DNA of 64,000 nucleotides from NCBI GenBank assembly GCA_038870975.1, contig JAVZJD010000001.1, forward strand, positions 480,001 to 544,000. Reading direction: 5' to 3'. Shown here in pieces: positions 55,464 through 64,000 of this stretch (position 1 is the stretch's first letter; every line of letters begins with the position of its first letter). The notes under the pieces are model-generated. The model saw only the letters and a program-made list of their open reading frames with translations, ran no database searches and was not told the origin of the DNA. A program made the translations under genes and the position numbers. Source of the DNA: Candidatus Bathyarchaeia archaeon. GTDB taxonomy: Archaea > Thermoproteota > CALKCG01 > B24.

Positions 55464-57461
55464 ATGGCAGAACCTTTCGAGAAAGTCGAGAAAGTTTCAC
55501 TGCCCATTGTCGTCGTTTTCAGCGTTCTTCTAGCTCTTATAAGCATGGTCTGGATAAGTCTACTTCCATCTGGACTTTGGCACTTCTACAACCTAGGTAT
55601 TGTGGCGTGTCCTCTACAGCTTACTTCAGCACCATTCATACTGATCCTCTTAACCGCAGCTATTAGTAAAGCTGGATTTTTGAAGAAGCTTAAGACGGCT
55701 ACATTAGTCTACCTTTACATGGCGGCTGTCTCAGTAGCATGGTATACGGATTACGCAGCCACGTCTGAGTGGTATGCAGGCGTATGGCACAATAGGAGGT
55801 TCTACCCAGATATTACAACGCAATACGTACCATGGTATTTGGCTCCTCCAACAGAATACGTTGAGAGGCTTATAACCGGTGGAGCTGTAGACTGGGGTGT
55901 ATGGACTACTCCAATCCTCTATTGGACTATGCTACACATAGTATTCTACCTCTTCATGGCCTCAATAATAACCATATTCAGGAGAAACTGGATAGATGTT
56001 GAAAAAGTCCCATTTACACATGTATTAGCTTCACATGAAATCTTAAAGTACACGTTTAAAGAAGAAGCTACGACTTCTAAACTCATTAAACCATTTATCA
56101 TAGGCGTAGTATTAGGCTTAATTGTTCAATTGCCAATTTACATGGCCGTCATGTTCCCATGGTTCCCAGACGTCTACGGATGGCGTATAAATACCTGCGG
56201 ACACGGAGGCTACTGGATACCCGCGGGTTCACCTTTAGCCTCTATCGTCGGTTTAAGCATGATTCAGAAGCACCCAGTATTTATAGCCATAGGATATTTA
56301 GTACCTCTATCAACGCTTTTCAGCACATGGTTTTTCCACCTGGTCTATATAATAGCTGTTCAAGTGGCGTTTGTCCTAGGATACTACACGGGTCTTGATG
56401 CCATTGGAGGATGTGGTAGAGCTTGGTGTGGGACTGTTACGCCAAACTTCGGAGAGCCTTTTAAGTTTATGGCGCTTAGCTACGTCGGCGGATCTACCGC
56501 TTTAACGTTGATCTACCTAGTGTTAAATTGGAGATATGTTAGAGATACTTTGCTTGCAGCAATGGGGAAGGGGCCTCTGAAAGATTACGAGAAGGAAGAG
56601 GCTTTAACCTATAGGCAGGCGTATACTCTCCTACTGATATCCATAGTTTTGATTATGATTGTTCTATCCGGATGGGGTATGGGACCTGCAACATCGATAA
56701 TTCTGATATTCACCGTATTCATCTTCTGGATCGCTAATACCCGTATCTGGGGTTTAGCTGGCTGTACTCTTCAAGGCGCAGAACATGGCAATGCCTTCTA
56801 CAGACTGTTCGTATGGCCGCAGGCACCTCAACCTCCTACGATGGAGTTTATGGCTTCAGCTTACCTTTCAGAGTGGCTGGTTGACGTGCCAAAGTCTTTT
56901 GGAGGCGCGGCACTATCGTTTGCAGCAGGTTATAAAATGGCGAGTTTAACTGGTGTGAAAACTAGGGACGCATTTAAGACGGTGTTGGTCGCTGGGATCT
57001 TAGGCTATCCTATTGTCATGGCAACCTACGTCTTAATGTGTCACACGTTTGGCCTAGCCAAACTCCCAGTATGGGCTGAGAGTACGTATGACTCTCTCAT
57101 AGATAGATGCGGCAATCCTGACAATTGGAACGTTAGACCCGGCACAGAACCTTGGTGGCCCAATTTCCTAGCAGGCTTCATCATAGTGGCTCTGCTAAGC
57201 TGGCTTCACGCGAGGTTTATCTGGTTTCCACTTGAACCCATAGGCTTTATACTCGGCACAAGTTACATGTCCATACTTTGGGGCGTATGGTTCCCATTCC
57301 TTATCGCTTGGATTCTTAAGACGATAACTTTGAAAGTAGGAGGGACTAGAGGCTATGAAGAGTTTGGAATTCCAGTGGCTGTCGGGCTGATAGCGGGCTA
57401 CATGATCGCAGTACTTATCGGAGGCCTTGTAGGAATAGTAAGATTCTTCGTACCGTTTTAA
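55464..57461 (+). CDS. OPT-like (DUF6785/DUF6784-type) membrane transporter, paralog 3
   Basis: DVEKVPF, PWFPDVYGWR, HARFIWFPLEPIGF, GGTRGYEE, RFFVPF. Confidence 0.75.
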   Translation: MAEPFEKVEKVSLPIVVVFSVLLALISMVWISLLPSGLWHFYNLGIVACPLQLTSAPFILILLTAAISKAGFLKKLKTATLVYLYMAAVSVAWYTDYAATSEWYAGVWHNRRFYPDITTQYVPWYLAPPTEYVERLITGGAVDWGVWTTPILYWTMLHIVFYLFMASIITIFRRNWIDVEKVPFTHVLASHEILKYTFKEEATTSKLIKPFIIGVVLGLIVQLPIYMAVMFPWFPDVYGWRINTCGHGGYWIPAGSPLASIVGLSMIQKHPVFIAIGYLVPLSTLFSTWFFHLVYIIAVQVAFVLGYYTGLDAIGGCGRAWCGTVTPNFGEPFKFMALSYVGGSTALTLIYLVLNWRYVRDTLLAAMGKGPLKDYEKEEALTYRQAYTLLLISIVLIMIVLSGWGMGPATSIILIFTVFIFWIANTRIWGLAGCTLQGAEHGNAFYRLFVWPQAPQPPTMEFMASAYLSEWLVDVPKSFGGAALSFAAGYKMASLTGVKTRDAFKTVLVAGILGYPIVMATYVLMCHTFGLAKLPVWAESTYDSLIDRCGNPDNWNVRPGTEPWWPNFLAGFIIVALLSWLHARFIWFPLEPIGFILGTSYMSILWGVWFPFLIAWILKTITLKVGGTRGYEEFGIPVAVGLIAGYMIAVLIGGLVGIVRFFVPF

Positions 57462-57533
57462 ACTCTCCCCGCTCTTATTTTTCGATTCTCCTGGGGTAAA
57501 TATTAAAATGGGAGGATAGGCTATTCTACATGT

Positions 57534-58772
57534 ATGGCTAGGTTGGCTTTAAAAGGCGGTTTAAGAGAAGCTGAAAATCTGAGAAAAATAGTTCCACTAT
57601 GGCCCATTTACGATGAAGAAGATGAACGGGCTGTAGTAGAAGTTGTACGAAGTAGAAGGTGGTGTAGGCTCTATCCAGGCTCTAAGGCTGAAGTTTTTGA
57701 GAAGATGTTTGCCGAGTATCATCAAGCTAAGTATGGAATAGCCGTTGCAAACGGCACTGTTGCTCTTGAACTTGCCCTTAAAACTGTCGGCGTAGGTATT
57801 GGAGATGAAGTTATAGTACCCGCTGTAACGTTTATAGCTACCGCTTCAGCTGTTAGCGAGGTTGGAGCTATACCGATATTCGCCGACGTAGACCCTGAAA
57901 CAGCAGCTATAAGTGCGAAATCTATTGAAGAGAATATAACGGAGAAGACAAAAGCAGTTATAGGTGTTCACTATGCTGGCTATCCAATAAATTTCGATGA
58001 AATTCTCCCAGTAATTAGAAAACACAACCTGTTTCTAATAGAGGATTGCGCTCACGCACATGGATCTGAGTGGAGGGGGCGTAAAGTCGGTGCAATCGGC
58101 CATATGGGGGGCTTTAGCCTTCAAGAGAGTAAGACTTTAACCGCTGGTGAAGGCGGTGTTGTTCTAACGAATAGCGATGAGCTTGCCGAGAAGGCTAGAC
58201 TTATCCACAATATAGGTAGAGTCCTGGGGAAGCCCGGCTATATACACTATATTTTGAGTTCAAACTACAGGCTTTCAGAGATACAGGCCGGGTTGTTGAT
58301 ATCGCAGATGAGGAGGCTTAGAGAGCAAGTTGAGCTTAAACATGAGACTGGGGAGTATTTAGCCTCTAAGCTTAAGAAGATAGGCGGTGTTGAGCCTCTT
58401 AGAAGAGATGAACGAGTTACTAAGAGAGGCTACTACTACTTTGTAATCAGATACTATCCTGAAGAGTTTCAAAACGTTCCAAAGGAGAGGTTTGTAGCGG
58501 CTTTAAATGCAGAGGGGGTGCCTGCTGGCGTAGGTTACGGTATGCCTCTGTACAAACAGCCAGCGTTTAAGAAGGAGAATCTCAAAGGGATATTCCCAGA
58601 GGGCTGGGAAATTCCGAATTATGAGGATTTAAGCCTTCCAGGTGCTGAAGAATACTGTAGAAGAGAGGTAACACTTCCACATCAAATACTACTCGGTGGA
58701 AGAGAGGCGGCAGACCTCGTAGTAGCTGCAATAGAGAAGATAAAGGAAAATGTTGACGAGCTTTTAACCTAA
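57534..58772 (+). CDS. DegT/DnrJ/EryC1/StrS PLP-dependent sugar/cyclitol aminotransferase
   Basis: NGTVAL, TFIATA, IEDCAHAHG, FSLQESKTLTAGEGG, NYRLSEIQA. Confidence 0.93.
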   Translation: MARLALKGGLREAENLRKIVPLWPIYDEEDERAVVEVVRSRRWCRLYPGSKAEVFEKMFAEYHQAKYGIAVANGTVALELALKTVGVGIGDEVIVPAVTFIATASAVSEVGAIPIFADVDPETAAISAKSIEENITEKTKAVIGVHYAGYPINFDEILPVIRKHNLFLIEDCAHAHGSEWRGRKVGAIGHMGGFSLQESKTLTAGEGGVVLTNSDELAEKARLIHNIGRVLGKPGYIHYILSSNYRLSEIQAGLLISQMRRLREQVELKHETGEYLASKLKKIGGVEPLRRDERVTKRGYYYFVIRYYPEEFQNVPKERFVAALNAEGVPAGVGYGMPLYKQPAFKKENLKGIFPEGWEIPNYEDLSLPGAEEYCRREVTLPHQILLGGREAADLVVAAIEKIKENVDELLT

Positions 58773-58976
58773 ATACCTTACCTGTCGTCTGTAGTGAGGA
58801 CTCTCCATCTCTCTTTTTCTTAAAGGCTTTAATTCTAGCTGAGAAGTTGTTGCAAACCTCCTATTTCTTCCCGTCATTTACATCTTACTTTTAGATTCTC
58901 TGCGGATTGAGTTAAGCGTTCTTCCACTTGATGAATCCCTACGGTGGAAATAAGAGAAGCGAGTGTTAGCGATGCT

Positions 58977-59399
58977 TCATATTTTTGGTAGCGTTATAAT
59001 GTCCTCTAGTTTTTTAAAGTGTTTATCGAATGAGTATATTTCCTTTATCCCATGAGCTTTCATAAACAGATAGGCTAACGCATCGTTAACGCTTATGTCT
59101 TTTTCTCTTGCTATCAATAAAGTGTTTGCGTAATCTTTTGGACTGACCGGATAGACTTTAACATTTTCGCTTGCTATAATCCATGCTAAAAATCCAAGGG
59201 ATTCTTGAATACCAAGCCCTGTTTCAATTACGTTTACAACCTCCGAAACGTGTACAACCGTTGTAGCTACTTCCTCCCCTTCCTCCACCCTTTTCACAAC
59301 AGCCTTTGCCTCATCTTTAACCGTCTGCTCAGCTCTCGTTAGAGCCCTCCGAGGTGTTAGATAAGCATGAAGGAAAATATTTGAATCTATAAATCTCAA
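58977..59399 (-). CDS. vapC: VapC/PIN toxin
   Basis: FIDSNIFL, VSEV, NDALA, YSFDKHF. Confidence 0.9.
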   Translation of the reverse strand: MRFIDSNIFLHAYLTPRRALTRAEQTVKDEAKAVVKRVEEGEEVATTVVHVSEVVNVIETGLGIQESLGFLAWIIASENVKVYPVSPKDYANTLLIAREKDISVNDALAYLFMKAHGIKEIYSFDKHFKKLEDIITLPKI

Positions 59400-59638
59400 T
59401 GTTCCTCGAGCTCCAATAGGACCCTCTTAATGGAGTGGGGGTCGGTAAAATCGACTTTTTCAGATACTTTGATGGAGTCAAATAACGCTGAAGGTGGAAG
59501 TGCCTCTATAGAGATTATTTCAATCCTATCGTCGCGCTTTATCAATGCTAACTTACGAGATTTCCAATTTTTCCTCCAATGTATAGGAATGGATATTCTC
59601 CCTTGCGAGTCAATATCCTTAATAATGATTTCCACCAT
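59396..59638 (-). CDS. AbrB/MazE-type antitoxin
   Basis: IDSQGRISIP; overlaps vapC. Confidence 0.88.
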   Translation of the reverse strand: MVEIIIKDIDSQGRISIPIHWRKNWKSRKLALIKRDDRIEIISIEALPPSALFDSIKVSEKVDFTDPHSIKRVLLELEEH

Positions 59639-59763
59639 TTATATCACTTTCACCAGATTATGACTTATAGTAAAATATAAGTTTTCTTCCAAAACTTATC
59701 ATGTCACCAATACGAGACTATTAACCCCATAAACTCGATACCTTCAGCGAATCACCTAAAGCT

Positions 59764-60360
59764 TTATTTCCTAGGCTCTTTTACAAGCCCATACATTAGA
59801 GCTGGAAGCCCTATAGCTATCATCGCCAATCCTACAGACAATACTTGGTTTTTAACAAGCGTTCTCTCCTCTCTCAGAGTTTCAAAGCAACCTGAAACAT
59901 ATCCTATTTTCAGGTTTACGGTTTTTGGGTAACATGAGGGGTAGTTATAAACAAGGAAGTAATATGTAGATGTCTCATTGACTGTTATGATGTGTTCATA
60001 GTACTCTTGGTGAGACCAAGATATTGGTTTAGATATATTCTCCACGAGTGGAATAATGTTCTGATATGTTTCAACATTAAGCTCTTCAACCCTTTTAAAG
60101 AACTCTTCAAACACTCCGCCAGTGTAAATCTTAAGACCTACACACATGTTTGCTCCTATTTTTGCGACAACCGTGACGTTCCGTGGGAAAGTAAATTTTA
60201 AAAGCTTAACCTCTTCACGTTTCATTTCGAATCTACCTTCATATATTAAAGTCTCCGATTCCAGAGTTTTAAGCTGAACATCTACTGTTAAAGAGACTGT
60301 GAAAAGTAGAGCCCCAACAGTCAATAACACCAATCCGAATGATGCCATCCACTTAAGCAT
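59764..60360 (-). CDS. Hypothetical membrane protein (two TM flanking a beta-sandwich-like domain)
   Basis: N- and C-terminal hydrophobic helices; TYYFLVYN. Confidence 0.65.
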   Translation of the reverse strand: MLKWMASFGLVLLTVGALLFTVSLTVDVQLKTLESETLIYEGRFEMKREEVKLLKFTFPRNVTVVAKIGANMCVGLKIYTGGVFEEFFKRVEELNVETYQNIIPLVENISKPISWSHQEYYEHIITVNETSTYYFLVYNYPSCYPKTVNLKIGYVSGCFETLREERTLVKNQVLSVGLAMIAIGLPALMYGLVKEPRK

Positions 60361-60507
60361 TAGAAGCCTCCATCTAGTAGAAGACCACCCTGTCGTTTAA
60401 TTAAGTTTTATGTAGGAGCAGAACCATTTTTCCCTCCCAGACCTATGGAGGTGAATACTTCACTCTAAAGTATGGAGCATCCGTGAGGAAGGAAAAATAG
60501 AAAGGGT

Positions 60508-62565
60508 TTAGAATGGTATGAAGAATCTTACGGTTCCTATTAGGTATGCTATTAGGTTTGCCAGTGCGTATCCGGCTATTCCTCCGCTTACAAACGGTAT
60601 ACCGTACTCCTCGTAAGCTTTACTGCCGCCTATACGTAGGGTTAGGAATTTAGCTATCCAAGCTCCGAGCATAGCATTCCACTCTCTCATCCAGTTTGGT
60701 GCTACCCCCGTCGCCAGTATGAAGCCTATCGGATGTAGAGGCCACCATAGGAATCTAGCTCTTAGAAGGAATAGTATCATGACGATTACGAAGCCGACTG
60801 CTCCAGCCTCGAACTGGAATATAGCCGGTGGAGCCTGCTCATATCTTGCGAAGTCGTTGTCACACCAGGTTGTTACTGAGCAACTACCCCATATTGGGAC
60901 TCGGCCGACGCCTAGGAGGTTGATGATCCAGACTCTAGTGGCATTTCCTACGAATATTGCAATTATACTGGCTATGGTAGTTAGTATGAATACGTCTCTC
61001 AAGTTTATTTTAGCCATGTCTCCGATCTTAAGGTTCTGTATGGTGAGGTAAGCTCCTGTTTGAACACCGTGGGTTACGTGGTTAAGCCCTGTATGCATGA
61101 ATACGTGGCTCATAATCCAGTCTGCACTGTAAGCTTGAGGGGCTGTCGGCCATATCAGCCTTAGGGGCCAGCTTGGCCATAAAGCTCTCTCGTGTATGTA
61201 TCCGCATCCGCTAAGCCCTAAGACGTATGCTGCTGCAACCGTATTTATGAACGCCCCTACTATTAAAACGGCTAATGCTGTTCCGATGCTTAAGCCTGCT
61301 GAGAAGCAGAACGCTAATAGTATTATAGCGGATATTATTATGAACAGGTAGATCTGCCTGTATGTGAATGGTTCACGTGCTTCCTCGGGAGATTTTCCTC
61401 CACGCATAGCAAGTCTTATGGTTTCAGCAATGTAGCTTTTTGCATGGAATAGCATCATAACGGTCACCGCCAGCGTTCCACCTATCATAGTCACCCACAT
61501 CCAGTAGTACGGTGGACCAAAGAGCGGAGATATGTCTGATCCAGCCCATCCAAGAATTCTACAGCAACTTCCCATGTCGAAGACTCCAGTGTAATATCCC
61601 ATTATGTACGCTATTTGAGCTAAGATTACTATTATGATGAAGAATACCCATGCCGAGAGTAGTACGTCTAAAGGAGCTAGGTAGTACACTAAAAACGGTA
61701 GAATGTTCTTCGTATAGCCTGGCCACCATACAAGAGCACTTTCGACAGGGTCATTAGAGAATAAGCCTACACAACCCTGAGCACTTGTAGTGGTCGTTGC
61801 AGTACCTCTCCAGGCCAATAGGTCTGGCCACCAAGCCCAGACATTCGTACATAAGACTTGGACTTCGAAGATTAACGCTACTAGGAAACCTATGAGGAAC
61901 CATCTCATAGTCCTCTCTGAACCAGGTTCTCCAGATACCCTCCTTACGACATCATAAGAAGCGATTACGTATGGGAATGGGACTTTTTCAACGTCAAGCC
62001 ATCTACGCCTCAGCAACAGCATTACGCTTGAGCCAAACAGGTAGAATACTAAGAGGTATAGTGACCAGAATACTATGCTTCCAGCCCATGCACCCCAGTC
62101 TGTAGCAGCACCGCCAACGTTTATGCGTTGGACAACTTCAAGAGGAGGCATCCACCACCAGCTCTGAGCCATAGGTAAAACTTCAGGCTCCGTATACAGT
62201 AGGGTTCTACTGAAGCCGACAGGCCAGCATGCGAATGTTTCGTAGTGGCCTATGCCGTACATTCCAACCGCGGTGCCTACAACGTATATCGAGATTAGAA
62301 GAGATGGGGATAGCTTACCTTTAAAATACTTAAACGGGTAAGCTAGTAGGAGAACCAGCAGGGATATTACGGGTATTCCCATGGTTTTAGAAACCGTACC
62401 CCACGCATAGCGGCACATGAATACCTGCCCTACTGAGCCGTTTAAAGCAATCTCTACAGTTCCTATGAAACTCAGCAATGCCGATAGAATGGCTAGGGGA
62501 ATTAGTAGAGAAGGACTAATCCTAAACTCTTTGACTTCCTCAGTCATTTTCCCAGCATAATTCAA
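60508..62565 (-). CDS. OPT-like (DUF6785/DUF6784-type) membrane transporter, paralog 4
   Basis: DVEKVPFP, WWPDLLAWR, RARFLWWPLHPIGF, GGSKAYEE, RFFIPF. Confidence 0.75.
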   Translation of the reverse strand: MNYAGKMTEEVKEFRISPSLLIPLAILSALLSFIGTVEIALNGSVGQVFMCRYAWGTVSKTMGIPVISLLVLLLAYPFKYFKGKLSPSLLISIYVVGTAVGMYGIGHYETFACWPVGFSRTLLYTEPEVLPMAQSWWWMPPLEVVQRINVGGAATDWGAWAGSIVFWSLYLLVFYLFGSSVMLLLRRRWLDVEKVPFPYVIASYDVVRRVSGEPGSERTMRWFLIGFLVALIFEVQVLCTNVWAWWPDLLAWRGTATTTTSAQGCVGLFSNDPVESALVWWPGYTKNILPFLVYYLAPLDVLLSAWVFFIIIVILAQIAYIMGYYTGVFDMGSCCRILGWAGSDISPLFGPPYYWMWVTMIGGTLAVTVMMLFHAKSYIAETIRLAMRGGKSPEEAREPFTYRQIYLFIIISAIILLAFCFSAGLSIGTALAVLIVGAFINTVAAAYVLGLSGCGYIHERALWPSWPLRLIWPTAPQAYSADWIMSHVFMHTGLNHVTHGVQTGAYLTIQNLKIGDMAKINLRDVFILTTIASIIAIFVGNATRVWIINLLGVGRVPIWGSCSVTTWCDNDFARYEQAPPAIFQFEAGAVGFVIVMILFLLRARFLWWPLHPIGFILATGVAPNWMREWNAMLGAWIAKFLTLRIGGSKAYEEYGIPFVSGGIAGYALANLIAYLIGTVRFFIPF

Positions 62566-62639
62566 TTACGGCTCAGTATTTAAAAAATTAACTGTGTTAA
62601 GCACGGAAACGACTGGGAAGGTTTAAAAAATATGCGGGG

Positions 62640-64000
62640 TCAATATGGTAGTAGCCACATGCTTCTACTTACTAGGATCAGTAGGGCACGTATAGACTCC
62701 ATTAGACTCCAGCCTATCCAACCGCCCATGTAGAATCTGTTCACGAATACGCCGTAGGATATGTTTGACCTTTTAGTTAAGATGCGGCTTACGACTTTAT
62801 TTCCAATTATTGAGCCTATGAGCATGGCCATCGTAGATTCAAGCTGCATACTGTATCCTAAGTAGGAGCCGAAGGCACCTGTTATGAAGGCCACTAAGAA
62901 GTAAGGCTTGTGGAATACTAGAGATGTCAATAGGTATATGGCTGAACCGGCGGCGAAACCGCCAAGGATAAGCTCTCTTCTGAAGAAGTAGCCCGTCCAC
63001 AGCCATACTTGCCATCTAGCCCAGTTCATCGCATCAACAGGCCAGTATATGATTGTCGCAGGGTATGCGCTTGACGGGATCGGTGAAAGACTCCACAGGT
63101 AGGATACGAACAGTAGAGTTACCAGTATTCCCGCGAAGAAAACTATTATATACGTCTTGATATACTCCGACTTGCTCGCCTGCAGTATGTCTGCTTGCAT
63201 GAACGCCTGAGCTACACCGGGGCCTCCCGTGTAGATGCTAACTGGAGCGAACCATATGCGTTTATCTGCCCAGCCGCTAGAGTATATCATCAGCTCTCTA
63301 AGCATTGGAACGTTAAAGCCTGTGAGAGTTACACCAGCTGCACTAGCGCCTAGAAATGATGCGAAGAATGAGCCTCCTATCATGAAGAGCGCTAGAATCC
63401 ATATTGGGAACCCTGTTAAAGAGTACACCAGTAGCATACCTCCACAACATGCCCCTATGAATGCTAACAGCAGTAAGTTGAGCGGGGGTCCCTCACCTTC
63501 TCCTCCTCTAGCCTTCCCTAGAGAGCTGAAAGCCCTTACGAACGTTTTAGGCCTTATTATGATCGGTAGGAATGCCGCCGCTAAGGCAAGACCTATTGTA
63601 AAGCTTGCGTAGAAGTAGAGTTGAGACCTCTGAACGAGCAGGTACATCGGCCATGAGCGGTCGTACGGGCTTTCTGCAGGCCAAAGGTTAAACCTCGTAA
63701 TCAGGTATGTTCCTACGGAGTAGTAGGAGAAAGCCCCTAGGAATTGAGCTAGACATATTTCTATGGGCAGTATGAAGCCTCCTACGAAGTACATTAGGTT
63801 TAGTGTGAAGCCGAAGCCGAACCCAGGTAGGAAGTGGGCGATTATAGGCGTCATATCATATGTCCCAGCTATTGGAAGTATCGTCGCGTATATCGCAATC
63901 CCCCCGCTAGACAAGTATGGTCCTAAGAGGTACGGGAGGAAACTTACGAACAGGTTGTACAGAGCTCCGAATAGTATTGAAAGCATTAAGATCCTCATCT
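62640..64000 (-). CDS. OPT-superfamily membrane transporter (different subfamily), 5' part outside the window
   Basis: Highly hydrophobic; WSLSPIPSSAYPAT..YWP, WLLPY terminus; frame open to the right edge. Confidence 0.65.
   Translation of the reverse strand, partial: MRILMLSILFGALYNLFVSFLPYLLGPYLSSGGIAIYATILPIAGTYDMTPIIAHFLPGFGFGFTLNLMYFVGGFILPIEICLAQFLGAFSYYSVGTYLITRFNLWPAESPYDRSWPMYLLVQRSQLYFYASFTIGLALAAAFLPIIIRPKTFVRAFSSLGKARGGEGEGPPLNLLLLAFIGACCGGMLLVYSLTGFPIWILALFMIGGSFFASFLGASAAGVTLTGFNVPMLRELMIYSSGWADKRIWFAPVSIYTGGPGVAQAFMQADILQASKSEYIKTYIIVFFAGILVTLLFVSYLWSLSPIPSSAYPATIIYWPVDAMNWARWQVWLWTGYFFRRELILGGFAAGSAIYLLTSLVFHKPYFLVAFITGAFGSYLGYSMQLESTMAMLIGSIIGNKVVSRILTKRSNISYGVFVNRFYMGGWIGWSLMESIRALLILVSRSMWLLPY

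Overview
Archaeal chromosomal window from a TACK-superphylum organism, most likely a thermophilic Bathyarchaeia-like lineage. This is inferred from the 16S-23S operon with no tRNA-Ala or 5S, a zinc-ribbon Cren7, archaeal-type TpiA and the integrase family present. Housekeeping genes (pyrC, pyrG, tpiA, ahcY, nadE, ppa, speH/speE) and a minus-strand rRNA operon are interleaved with many accessory genes. Highlights: (1) a tightly coupled candidate anti-virus operon at 31.7-40.3 kb, comprising an EVE modified-base reader, a DUF1156-type N6-adenine methyltransferase split by one in-frame stop, a 1060-aa DUF499/BrxC-like ATPase, a compact PglZ-like phosphodiesterase, a small basic protein and a convergent PD-(D/E)xK nuclease. 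It resembles a helicase-less BREX-related/restriction-like variant. (2) A 139-nt bulge-helix-bulge intron in the helix-8 tetraloop of the 16S rRNA. (3) Several decayed tyrosine-integrase relics linked to a shared CCATAAA-iteron motif. (4) A decaying defence/mobile hotspot at 26.8-30.1 kb with an IS607 relic, a damaged VapBC pair, two solitary CRISPR-like repeats and HEPN-MNT. (5) Four paralogous Cys-loop OPT-like transporters and three membrane-anchored PA14 proteins. All family assignments come from motif recognition by eye; no database searches were run.
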